From a virus: 38,209 nucleotides of DNA. The stretch lies in IMG/VR virus record IMGVR_UViG_3300017971_000504; one strand, written 5' to 3'. Positions within the stretch are counted from its first letter, which is position 1. Every line of letters begins with the position of its first letter. The position numbers and the translations under genes were made by a program. Below, piece by piece: positions 15,720 through 24,025 of this stretch. The notes beneath the pieces were generated by a model, which saw only the letters and a program-made list of their open reading frames with translations, did not search any database and was not told the DNA's origin.

Positions 15720-16556
15720 TTACTTCTCAAATATGCATCGTTCGGCCATTGAGATATAAAGACTTGGTGACCAGTCTTGATATTTGCACACTTTTTGAAT
15801 CAGCCATCCAGTCGAATAAGCATTGCCGTCTTTAAGATAGTAGCCTTTTCCCATGCTGTATTTTTCGCGGTGTTCGTCTTTTGGATGCCACCATGATTTA
15901 TTTTGCTCCGTCTTTGGTTCATTGTTTGAATCGACTGTGGGTTTGTTTTTAAGATGTGCCGTTTCCGATATCCGGTCCGCGTGTTTACGCATTTCAGAAA
16001 ACAAATCCCGCTTGTGTTTCGACCATCCGAGAATCACAGTCGCCGTCGTCGATGTCGCAAAATAGTCTGTCTGCAAATCACAATCATCGCGTTCGCACTT
16101 GGCGACAATTAATGCCTGTGCCTCTGGCGGAATATGTTTTTCGAACAGCTTACGTCCCCGGGCTTTTTTTTCAGCTGCAATCTTTTCGGCCTTTTCCTTC
16201 GCTTCCTTTTTTTGTTGTTCTACCAGTTTTGCTTTTTCCCAGATTTCAAGCACCTTATCTTCCGGCATAACTTCGGACGTGTAATACATGTGGATTCGAT
16301 TGTCTTTCTTCGTGTCGATATGATTCATCGAGAACGCATCATGCTGAGAAAACGTGTAATCATCAAGCTTGACCGTCATGTATCGAGCACCGTGACTTCT
16401 GTACCTTTCATGTACTCCGAGGTTCTTGATTATCACGTATCGCGGATTGTCATAGCCATTCAGCTGTAGGATTGTACCTACTGGCAGGTTGTTTTTATTG
16501 TCATCTTCTGTAACACTTATATTTTCTAATCCGTCGGCTCCAATTCTGTAAATCAT
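15720..16556 (-). CDS. hypothetical two-domain protein with a central Lys/Glu coiled coil (278 aa)
   Basis: Clean ORF. The C-terminal block ...DLQTDYFATS...GWSKHKRDLFSEMRKHA...HREKYSMGKGYYLK...GW looks like a conserved domain, but I cannot name it. Confidence 0.55.
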   Translation of the reverse strand: MIYRIGADGLENISVTEDDNKNNLPVGTILQLNGYDNPRYVIIKNLGVHERYRSHGARYMTVKLDDYTFSQHDAFSMNHIDTKKDNRIHMYYTSEVMPEDKVLEIWEKAKLVEQQKKEAKEKAEKIAAEKKARGRKLFEKHIPPEAQALIVAKCERDDCDLQTDYFATSTTATVILGWSKHKRDLFSEMRKHADRISETAHLKNKPTVDSNNEPKTEQNKSWWHPKDEHREKYSMGKGYYLKDGNAYSTGWLIQKVCKYQDWSPSLYISMAERCIFEK

Positions 16557-16570
16557 TTTTCACTCTCCTT

Positions 16571-17221
16571 TCATTTAATCATCTGTCCTGATTCGACTGC
16601 CATAAGCATAGCTCTGCAATTGTTCTTTAATTCCCTGGCAAGTTCGATATAGACTGAAAGCGGTTTTCCGTCCAGACCTTCGGCCTCGGCGATTCTTTTA
16701 CAATGCTTAGCGAAAACTTTAGCCAAACCGTCGTTACTATTGAGCGGAATGTTTACACACCTACTCAAAAGTGGTCCGGCATCGATTTGTTGTTCGAACA
16801 ATCCGGCCTGTCCTGCCTTCGTTGTCGTGAAGATAAAAACAACATGCTTCGGTATTCGTTCAAGCAATCCGAGCAAGCGTCTGATCATCCACACTCTTAA
16901 TCCGTGTGCTTCATTAATGATGAAAGCACGGCCACGCTTTTTGCCGCCGCCGTAAAGATACATTTCCCGCTCAACTTCCTGATAAGCTTCCTGGTTAAAT
17001 TCCTCTGCACTGTCAAATTCTTTTGTAAAAAGCTCGTCTGCGACTTCGCTGGCGATTAGTCTTGCAATCGTTGTCTTGCCACTTCCGGATATACCGCTAA
17101 TCCAAAAAGCTCTGCCGGCAAGCCCTCTCTGTTTCATCTGCCTGATGATTTGTACGGCTCTCGATTGTCCCTTTACCTGTGACCACTTCTTTGGTCTGTA
17201 TTTTTCGTAAATATTCGCCAT
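16571..17221 (-). CDS. clamp-loader-like AAA+ ATPase (DnaX/RFC small-subunit-like)
   Basis: YEKYRPKKWSQVKGQ (RFC box II-like), Walker A GISGSGKTT, Walker B FIINEAH, sensor-1 FIFTTTK, and an SRC motif in LLSRCV. I prefer the start at ATG 17221..17219, which has an AAAGGA RBS. Confidence 0.75.
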   Translation of the reverse strand: MANIYEKYRPKKWSQVKGQSRAVQIIRQMKQRGLAGRAFWISGISGSGKTTIARLIASEVADELFTKEFDSAEEFNQEAYQEVEREMYLYGGGKKRGRAFIINEAHGLRVWMIRRLLGLLERIPKHVVFIFTTTKAGQAGLFEQQIDAGPLLSRCVNIPLNSNDGLAKVFAKHCKRIAEAEGLDGKPLSVYIELARELKNNCRAMLMAVESGQMIK

Positions 17222-17358
17222 AACTTGTCCTTTCTGTATGTTTTTTGTTATTATCAAAAGTTCATAACTTCTTATACAATAACGACTTATGGCGTTTTTG
17301 TCAACGAAAAACTGGCTGCTTTTTCCGCTTTTCCCGTAAGCGTGCGTATAGTCAATCT

Positions 17359-17916
17359 TTATGAGCCGCTTTTTTTTATCTTAAAACACAAATAATGTTT
17401 TTTTTGATGCGAATAGTGCCTGATTTGTCCGATTCCGTTAAATGCAAGGTACTGCTTGAATTTTTCAAAGCCGTTTTTATAGAACAATGCCGGACACTTG
17501 TTAATCATCGATGTTTTGTATCCGATGTCCCTTAACATGCCGTGTGGCAAACCGCCGTACATTATTTGAATGAATGTCACAAATATAACAGCCTCAGGCC
17601 TGGGCTTTTTCGAAAATATTATCCTCAGCTGGTCATACGGTACACCGTAAGCGTCAAGGTCTATCACATTAAAAGCACTTAAATCCATCGACGACAGAAA
17701 CTTTCTATTGTCACCCTGCAAATATATTCCGTCTCTGTTTTCGATTTCAATGCCGAGAACATTTATCTTTTTTTTGCTTCGTTTTTTTATTGTTCTCCAA
17801 ATAAGACCTGTGCCGGCATAGCAATCTAAAACTCTGCAATCACCAGCCGGCAGATTGTCGAGTCTCAATCTTATTTTCGTTTCAAGAAATGTATTATCAG
17901 TTCGAACCCTGTTCAT
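17359..17916 (-). CDS. SAM-dependent methyltransferase, Trm1/RsmD-like (motif IV D-L-D-A-Y-G)
   Basis: Motif I VLDCYAGTGLI, acidic post-I VLGIEIE, and motif IV VIDLDAYGVP, which resembles the Trm1 IDLDPFG motif. Confidence 0.65.
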   Translation of the reverse strand: MNRVRTDNTFLETKIRLRLDNLPAGDCRVLDCYAGTGLIWRTIKKRSKKKINVLGIEIENRDGIYLQGDNRKFLSSMDLSAFNVIDLDAYGVPYDQLRIIFSKKPRPEAVIFVTFIQIMYGGLPHGMLRDIGYKTSMINKCPALFYKNGFEKFKQYLAFNGIGQIRHYSHQKKHYLCFKIKKSGS

Positions 17917-18568
17917 ATTGAACGCCTTTAACTTTCAGGATTGATTCCAGGTGTGGCAGTATCTTTACAAGTAACTTTGGCTCAAAAGATAAAAGCACAT
18001 GAGTTTTCTTGTATGGTTTTATAGTTTCCTCTGCATAGGCCGGCTTTGTCTTTTTTTCGTTTTTCCCGATCTGTTCACGCAATTTTTCAATTTTCAAATC
18101 AAGCTTATTCAGATAATCAGGCAATTGGCTTTTTAATTCGTCGATATAAACAGCAATGCTATCGATAAACTTGCCCTGCAAGTGTTGATTGTTCAAAGTT
18201 ATGTTCAACAGCTTTTCTTCCGACTGGCTGCAATTCACCGTTACGCAAATACACTCCTTCACTTTTAATTCGCTCAATACTTTGTATCTTTGATGGCCTC
18301 CGACAATTCTATTAAGCCCACGCCTTACATTTACTATTATCGGTTCCACACAGCCGAAGTGGTTTATTGAGTTTTTCAGGCTTTGCAATGTCTCGTTGTC
18401 GATTATTCTCGGATTGTATTCGCTTTCTTTGAGTTGGCTCAGTTTGAATTTCTTTAGGCCCGGACAGCCTATACCTGTACGTTTGACATTGACGGTTGTT
18501 AAGTTGTTCGGCTGGCTGTTATGTGTGTTGTCTCGTTTGGTATTTGATGATTGTTTCGGTTTATTCAT
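17897..18568 (-). CDS. ParB N-terminal (ParB-like nuclease) domain protein
   Basis: EYNPRIID...LKNSINHFGCVEPIIVN...IVGGHQRYKVL matches the ParB/Srx-fold domain often fused to phage DNA methylases. Overlaps the methyltransferase start by 20 nt. Confidence 0.7.
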   Translation of the reverse strand: MNKPKQSSNTKRDNTHNSQPNNLTTVNVKRTGIGCPGLKKFKLSQLKESEYNPRIIDNETLQSLKNSINHFGCVEPIIVNVRRGLNRIVGGHQRYKVLSELKVKECICVTVNCSQSEEKLLNITLNNQHLQGKFIDSIAVYIDELKSQLPDYLNKLDLKIEKLREQIGKNEKKTKPAYAEETIKPYKKTHVLLSFEPKLLVKILPHLESILKVKGVQYEQGSN

Positions 18569-18799
18569 GGTTTTTTTAAATACTTAAAATTCAGTAACTT
18601 ACGTTTGTGTGTTACCTCGAAAAAAAAATTTCGGGAAGTACACGAAAACTCGTATGCATATACCCGCAAAGCACTTATGTTGGAGTAGGACCCGCATTAA
18701 TGCATTAAAATCTTTGTTTTTCAGCGTTGTTATTTTTCTTAAATACATTTATTTCAGTTATTTACGTTTGTCACCTTGCCTTCTTTTATGATAGGCAGA

Positions 18800-18836
18800 G
18801 CCGGCCAGGTCTAAAACTGTGGACCACCTGGCCGGC
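18800..18836. other. 11-bp GC-rich perfect hairpin downstream of gene 18859..19329
   Basis: GCCGGCCAGGT-N15-ACCTGGCCGGC. There is no clear U tract on either strand. Confidence 0.4.
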
Positions 18837-18858
18837 CTTGTGGATTGGTGACAATAGT

Positions 18859-19329
18859 TTATTTCTTGTCAGTCTTTTTATCTGCGTTATCCTTATCGAA
18901 TTTCAATTGCTCTTGCTGAACATTCTCTGCGTTGATGGCCTTGCCTTTCGCATCAGACTCTTTGAATAATGTCATCTGCTTTTCTTCGTTTGTCATGCCG
19001 CGACGATCAACGACATCGTTTGTATCCAACCTTGTTAGTGTCACAGTGTTCTTGTTGTAATCCATTACCATTTCACATTCGATTTGTCTTACCTCAATGC
19101 CCTGCTTAATCATTATCGATGCTTTGTGTATCTTGTCGTTAATTGCCTCGATTCTGTTCTTGAAGTCTGCCAAGGCTGCTTTCTTTTCCTGGTTGATAGT
19201 CTCAATGTCCTGATAATAACCTGCAAGCCTAAAGCCTGCCTCTCTCGTTTCATCAGGTGTCAATATACATTTCACAGGATACATGCCTTTTGTTGTTCGA
19301 ATCTTATCATCCTTTTTTGACTTAGCCAT
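18859..19329 (-). CDS. hypothetical coiled-coil protein (156 aa)
   Basis: Clean ORF. No motif recognised. Confidence 0.5.
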   Translation of the reverse strand: MAKSKKDDKIRTTKGMYPVKCILTPDETREAGFRLAGYYQDIETINQEKKAALADFKNRIEAINDKIHKASIMIKQGIEVRQIECEMVMDYNKNTVTLTRLDTNDVVDRRGMTNEEKQMTLFKESDAKGKAINAENVQQEQLKFDKDNADKKTDKK

Positions 19330-19333
19330 ATAG

Positions 19334-19558
19334 TCACTCCTTCTTTAATGACATCTCAAAACAATGTCTATGCAACCTTGCTTCAAGGGTTTTTGAATTT
19401 GGATTTGTAGGTTCACTTTTCCTGAACAGTCGGAATGGGAAATCATCCTCATCTATTAAAAAGCCACAATATGAACAAATGCAATCCGGATGACCTGCAT
19501 CGGGGCTATCCTCGAACCATGCCAAATCATTCAACGGGTATTTTAAATCGATAGTCAT
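19334..19558 (-). CDS. hypothetical small Cys/His protein (74 aa)
   Basis: HPDCICSYCG...HRHC suggests a metal-binding knuckle. Confidence 0.45.
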   Translation of the reverse strand: MTIDLKYPLNDLAWFEDSPDAGHPDCICSYCGFLIDEDDFPFRLFRKSEPTNPNSKTLEARLHRHCFEMSLKKE

Positions 19559-19565
19559 AATGTTT

Positions 19566-21218
19566 TTAAGCTGATTTCTTTTTCTTCGTTTTTGTTTTTT
19601 GCTCTGACTTCGTGACCTTCTTGGCTTTCTTCGTCTTTTTAGTTTTCTTTGTTTTTGTTGTTCCGTCTGCGTTCAAGTTTTTCCATGATGCCGGCTCAGT
19701 GAATCCTTTGCGTTTCGATATCTCTTTGAACATATCGTTTATGCTGACCTGAATTATGTATCCTATCCACTTCGCAGTTTCGATGTAATGCTTCGATGTT
19801 TGTGTCACCGGACCGTTATAGGTCAACATTCTATCGAGTGTCGGTATGAATGTTCTCCACAATGTTTGTAAGGCCTCAGAGTAAGCTGCTGTTGGGTTTT
19901 TCTTCCGCTCTGCCATTAGTCTGTCCACTTCCTTTTCGTCATGGACGATTCTTATCTCATTTCCGAAAACCGCCACAAGTGACATTACAGCCGTGTACTT
20001 ATCGTCATAGATGATATCTTCAACGTTTGTTTTTTCGACTTTCTCTCTGAGGTCTAATAGCAGTTGAGCCCACCTTTTGCAGTCGAGCAATTTCCTGCGT
20101 TCTTTCAATGGTGTAACCTGGCCTCTTACTCTGCGTCCTGTTGCCCCGGGCCTGGTGAATTGCTTTTCTTTGACGTACATTATCTTTCCCGATCCGCTGC
20201 CACTAACAATCATTGCCGGTATTGCATCCTTTGTGCCTTTTGTGGATTTCTCAACATCATCCATATCGAGAACACGACCAAATGTTTCCGATAACTCCCT
20301 TTTCTCGCCTTGGTTCATATATACTTTCGATATGTAAGCAAGGTTTTCATGTTCTTCCGATAGCGCTTTTGCTTTTTGTTGTAAGAATAATTTTGTTTTG
20401 GTTTTCCAACAATCGGGGCTTAGGCATCGGTCTTTTTTCTGATTTTTCTCGTTGGCCGTGACATTCCATAACAAAGGCTCTGAAAAACATCGCTTGGGGC
20501 AATCTTCGCATGAGCCGGCTTTAGGAAATAAGGTTTTATCAGCCAAACTCCATGGCGCTTTATTCAATAGTTGTAATCTCTGAGCAATCCGGTTTTCTAA
20601 ATCATGAACCGAAACATTTTCCCATTGCCAATAGAATTGATTTATTTCAGCCAATAGTGACTTTTGACTGTCAGCCGGCAATCTCGCTATTAATGTTAAA
20701 TGACCGACCGTCCAGCTGTGAAAAACCTGGCTTTGGTCCTGGTTAATAAATGACTGCCTGAAACCCTGAATCAAGTTTTTGTGAATATTTGCTCTGAGAC
20801 GCACCCAATGTTCTGTCTGGCCGATAAGCTCTGCGATGACTTTAGGCTCTTTAAGGTTATTCATAGCCTTTGCAATTTCAGCGATTTCCTCAAGCGGTTT
20901 AAGCGGCTTGCGAAATTTATTTTCTACATAAGTCACCGTTATAGCTTCGTCATAAGAAATGCCTTCGTGGACAATCGCCGGAATAGTTTCAAGGCCGAGA
21001 TGTTTTGAAGCCCGCCACCTGCGTTCACCGGCCCTTATCTCAAACATGCCTTCCTTTTTCGGATGGGGCCACAGATGAATCGGCACTCTTACACCGCTCG
21101 CTTTTATGCTGTTCAATAGCTGAGTAAAGCTTTCAGATTTCTGATCTATCTTTCGTGCATTGTCTTTGCTCGGAAGTATTTTGTTGACCGATATTTCTTT
21201 GAAAATATGCTTGCTCAT
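19566..21218 (-). CDS. ParB-family protein with a Cys cluster and a poly-Lys tail (550 aa)
   Basis: The N-terminal ParB box FEIRAGERRWRASKHLG fits GxRRxRA. Mid-protein has CEDCPKRC...CLSPDC. The C-terminal tail is TKTKKTKKTKKAKK...KTKTKKKKSA. Confidence 0.7.
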   Translation of the reverse strand: MSKHIFKEISVNKILPSKDNARKIDQKSESFTQLLNSIKASGVRVPIHLWPHPKKEGMFEIRAGERRWRASKHLGLETIPAIVHEGISYDEAITVTYVENKFRKPLKPLEEIAEIAKAMNNLKEPKVIAELIGQTEHWVRLRANIHKNLIQGFRQSFINQDQSQVFHSWTVGHLTLIARLPADSQKSLLAEINQFYWQWENVSVHDLENRIAQRLQLLNKAPWSLADKTLFPKAGSCEDCPKRCFSEPLLWNVTANEKNQKKDRCLSPDCWKTKTKLFLQQKAKALSEEHENLAYISKVYMNQGEKRELSETFGRVLDMDDVEKSTKGTKDAIPAMIVSGSGSGKIMYVKEKQFTRPGATGRRVRGQVTPLKERRKLLDCKRWAQLLLDLREKVEKTNVEDIIYDDKYTAVMSLVAVFGNEIRIVHDEKEVDRLMAERKKNPTAAYSEALQTLWRTFIPTLDRMLTYNGPVTQTSKHYIETAKWIGYIIQVSINDMFKEISKRKGFTEPASWKNLNADGTTKTKKTKKTKKAKKVTKSEQKTKTKKKKSA

Positions 21219-21235
21219 TTTTCGCTCCTTTTAAG

Positions 21236-22357
21236 TTAATGTTTGTAAAACTTGTCTTTTGTTAAAGTGATTTTTCGAGGGACATAACAGAATGGCTTTT
21301 TCTTCATGGCATCGACAAACATTGCCATCGGTTTATCTGCAACTCTTACGCACTCTCTTGCTATAGACAGTGACATTGAAAATAAATCTTCGTCGAGTCC
21401 GGATATTATCCTTTGTTTGATTTGTTCGAATATGTTACTTACAGTTGTCCGGTCCGAACCTGTTTTGAATGAGATAATTTCACTAAGGTTAAAAACAGCG
21501 ATATTGCATTGCCTGGTGATTTCAAAAATACGCTCCTTACCGGCCAATCCCGCCCACGGCACAGCCCCCGCCGAAGAAACCGAATCCGAAACCGAGCACG
21601 TGTCCGTGGCCGAAATCTTTTCCGAGTCCGTATCGTTCGAATCCGTGTCCGTGCCCGGAGGCGGGGGCTGTGCCGTGGGCGATTCTCTCCACACACCGGA
21701 TGGCAGATGACCGATATTCACTCCATCGCTCCCGGAAAAACCGGGCGGCTTGTATGCCACATTTTCTACGTTTCGTTTCGTTTCGTTAATTTTTTTATTA
21801 ATATCTACCGGTACGGTTTCGTTTAAAGCCTCCCGGTTATCCCCCTTACTCACTCCACCGCTCCCGGAAAATCCGGGCGGCTTGTATCCGTCTTTTATTT
21901 TGCCCATTTTGAAATCCGCACTTTTACTATCTTCACTCTGGAGGCTTTCAGGAAAATCAACTAATTCCACCCATCTTACGCTTTCATCCATCAAAACTTC
22001 GAATACGTTCTCGATCTGCTCGGTTGTCAAGGTCAATAATTCAGCTATCTGCATTGGATTTATGGGTCTCTGTCTATCGTCTAAAATATAACCCCTGTAT
22101 TCACGTTCCTGATTGCCGGCCAATCCCAAAAGCATCTTATAAAAACCAATGCACGCGGCTGCCATTAAGTCGCCATGACTCCAAGAACGTTTTACCAATC
22201 TCCTAAAAGCCGCACTCAAATCATGTCCCATGACCGGAAAGCGTATATAATCAAGTGGGGCTTTTCTTAGTTCTTCTATAGGTGTGTCTTGTTTTGCTTT
22301 TCTACCTTTGGCAGTGACTTCGTACTGCCACCAATCCACAATTCGATACGCCTGCAT
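21236..22357 (-). CDS. replisome-organizer/replication-initiator-like protein
   Basis: The N-terminal roughly 140 aa resemble the phage replisome organizer N-terminal pattern (weak, from memory). A low-complexity linker carries DNA repeats. C-terminal domain unknown. Confidence 0.4.
   Translation of the reverse strand: MQAYRIVDWWQYEVTAKGRKAKQDTPIEELRKAPLDYIRFPVMGHDLSAAFRRLVKRSWSHGDLMAAACIGFYKMLLGLAGNQEREYRGYILDDRQRPINPMQIAELLTLTTEQIENVFEVLMDESVRWVELVDFPESLQSEDSKSADFKMGKIKDGYKPPGFSGSGGVSKGDNREALNETVPVDINKKINETKRNVENVAYKPPGFSGSDGVNIGHLPSGVWRESPTAQPPPPGTDTDSNDTDSEKISATDTCSVSDSVSSAGAVPWAGLAGKERIFEITRQCNIAVFNLSEIISFKTGSDRTTVSNIFEQIKQRIISGLDEDLFSMSLSIARECVRVADKPMAMFVDAMKKKPFCYVPRKITLTKDKFYKH
21551..21887. 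other. origin-like repeat cluster inside gene 21236..22357
   Basis: Perfect 22-bp inverted repeat (21551..21572 with 21660..21681). Two 38-bp direct repeats (21718..21755 and 21850..21887, 36/38 identical), each containing CCCGG-N5-CCGGG. CGTTT x3 at 21769..21787. AT-rich run at 21788..21804. Confidence 0.5.
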
Positions 22358-22393
22358 TATGAATTCCTTTTCATAATTAGTTTAACTTGTCAA

Positions 22394-22425
22394 AGCCCCG
22401 CCAGCCGGATGCTGCAGGCGGGGCT
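22394..22425 (-). terminator. GC-rich hairpin between gene 22457..23050 and gene 21236..22357
   Basis: AGCCCCGCC-N14-GGCGGGGCT, a 9-bp stem. The minus strand then reads TTTGAC, which is only a short U run. Confidence 0.45.
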
Positions 22426-22456
22426 ACTTCTATAGGTGTAAATCCTTACAAAAGAG

Positions 22457-23050
22457 TTATGCGACTCCTTTAACAGAAACATCTTTACCGCTTCGAACGT
22501 CTCCAACAAGCCTGTAATGTTCCTCGGCGATATCCGGATGGCGAACTCTCAAAATCTCATTAGCTTTATTTGTTGCTTTGTACTTTGTCGTTAATTCATC
22601 TTTTTCCGTATTGAGATTTTTGTTTTTCTTGCCTCTGTTTACAGCAACGGTGCCAGCTACCACTGTAGATGTTGTTGTCAAGCCGAGTATCGTTTTCAGA
22701 ATAATATCTACCATGCCGGCGTAAGGATTAATCGGTGCACTCGCCTGATTCGCCGCTATAGCCCCTTCGATTACTGTAGGCGCTTCGTCAAAAGCTTTCT
22801 TTGCATCGATTAGAGTGTCCTGGTATTTGTCAATGTCACTATTCAATTCAGTAATCTTTTCCACATTTTGCCCCGTGGCTTTTGCCCACTCCGTCATCCC
22901 CTCTTGTACGACATCGAGCTTTTGTGATATTACCTCAATGGCATTGCTTGTTTTGACAACGTCGTCTTTTTGCAGCATTGCCAGGTCACAGCCGCCGGAA
23001 AATAAAACACACAAAACAACAACCACCATAATTACTTTGGACCTAACCAT
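22457..23050 (-). CDS. secreted or membrane-anchored protein (signal peptide with a lipobox-like LFSGGC, plus an internal TM segment)
   Basis: MVRSKVIMVVVVLCVLFSGGC at the N-terminus. A hydrophobic segment IILKTILGLTTTSTVVAGTVAV is followed by a basic tail. Confidence 0.55.
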   Translation of the reverse strand: MVRSKVIMVVVVLCVLFSGGCDLAMLQKDDVVKTSNAIEVISQKLDVVQEGMTEWAKATGQNVEKITELNSDIDKYQDTLIDAKKAFDEAPTVIEGAIAANQASAPINPYAGMVDIILKTILGLTTTSTVVAGTVAVNRGKKNKNLNTEKDELTTKYKATNKANEILRVRHPDIAEEHYRLVGDVRSGKDVSVKGVA

Positions 23051-23080
23051 TTTCAGACTCCTTTAATAAATGTTATTATT

Positions 23081-23392
23081 CTACCGGCTTCCTTCGTCCG
23101 GCTTACTTGTTAGATTTCTCAGTCGATCTCTGCTGCGTTTCATCATTAATGCGACCTGTGCGTCACCGATCTGGACCGCTCCGAGTCTCACAGCTTTTCT
23201 TCTCATGTTCTTAGTCAAATCGTAATGAGGCAAATGCTTGCGATTTTGAAACCAATATGGCTTAAGGCCGAGCTTATTTATTGCGAATTTGTGTAATTCG
23301 GGTATGCTATCAGCTATCAAGTGACAGCTTTCTGGGTAAGGCCAGATTTTACTTTTAAGACAAGGCCTCAAATTATCTATATAGACAGTCAT
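23081..23392 (-). CDS. DUF4031-family protein
   Basis: VYIDNL...SCHLIADS..ELHKFA...LGLK..WFQ....PHYDLT...R.KAV.LGAV matches the DUF4031 consensus as I recall it. Confidence 0.7.
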   Translation of the reverse strand: MTVYIDNLRPCLKSKIWPYPESCHLIADSIPELHKFAINKLGLKPYWFQNRKHLPHYDLTKNMRRKAVRLGAVQIGDAQVALMMKRSRDRLRNLTSKPDEGSR

Positions 23393-23395
23393 TGT

Positions 23396-23620
23396 TCAAT
23401 CTCCATTTTTCAGGCCGAGCAATTCAGCTGTTAGTCTTTTCTTCGGTGACTTTTTAACCGCTCTGCTTATCATTGCTTTTTCCAGGTGCTTCCTCGATGT
23501 CCTGTTGTATTTTCTCAAAGCTCTTATACTCACTACTTCCATTTGTCTATTGTCTGAAAATTCTATAAGGCAATTGTTAAGCTTGCCTCTTGCTAAAATA
23601 ATACACTTCCTGCCTTTCAT
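23396..23620 (-). CDS. hypothetical basic protein (74 aa)
   Basis: ORF in the operon. No motif recognised. Confidence 0.45.
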   Translation of the reverse strand: MKGRKCIILARGKLNNCLIEFSDNRQMEVVSIRALRKYNRTSRKHLEKAMISRAVKKSPKKRLTAELLGLKNGD

Positions 23621-23677
23621 CTTTTCCCTCTTTGAATTGTTAGACCAGCTGTATGTATAAAACTGCTTTGCCAGTTT

Positions 23678-24025
23678 TCACTCTTTCTGCCGTATCTCAA
23701 TATCGACAGTAAAAATCCTCTGGCCGCCCCTGCAGGGAACCGGTTCAATTACTCTTAGATTTCTTAACAGCCATGACCAGGCACCGGCATACATTTCACA
23801 GCAAGCCTTTACTTCATCATTTTTGTTCATTGGTCTGCAACCATATAAATCAACTATGCACAAAGCATATCCGCACTTGAGATTTGGACACTTCGGTTTT
23901 TGTGTTGATAAAATAAGAAGGTCTCCCCTGTATTCTGTTTTCCAGGAGCGTGTCTCTATTGTCTTTGTCCCCTGTGCGATTAATGACGCAAAAGGCTGAT
24001 GAATTGAAATTGCTTTCAAAATCAT
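23678..24025 (-). CDS. ASCH (PUA-like) domain protein
   Basis: MILKAISIHQPFASLIAQGTKTIETRSWKTEYRGDLLI is the canonical ASCH N-terminal pattern. The start ATG 24025..24023 overlaps the upstream stop as ATGA. Confidence 0.7.
   Translation of the reverse strand: MILKAISIHQPFASLIAQGTKTIETRSWKTEYRGDLLILSTQKPKCPNLKCGYALCIVDLYGCRPMNKNDEVKACCEMYAGAWSWLLRNLRVIEPVPCRGGQRIFTVDIEIRQKE

Noticed and set aside
21439-21826. Arg-rich alternative-frame ORFs (85 aa on minus, 105 aa on plus)
   Set aside because: They are generated by the GC-rich inverted and direct repeats inside gene 21236..22357. They have implausible composition and no RBS.
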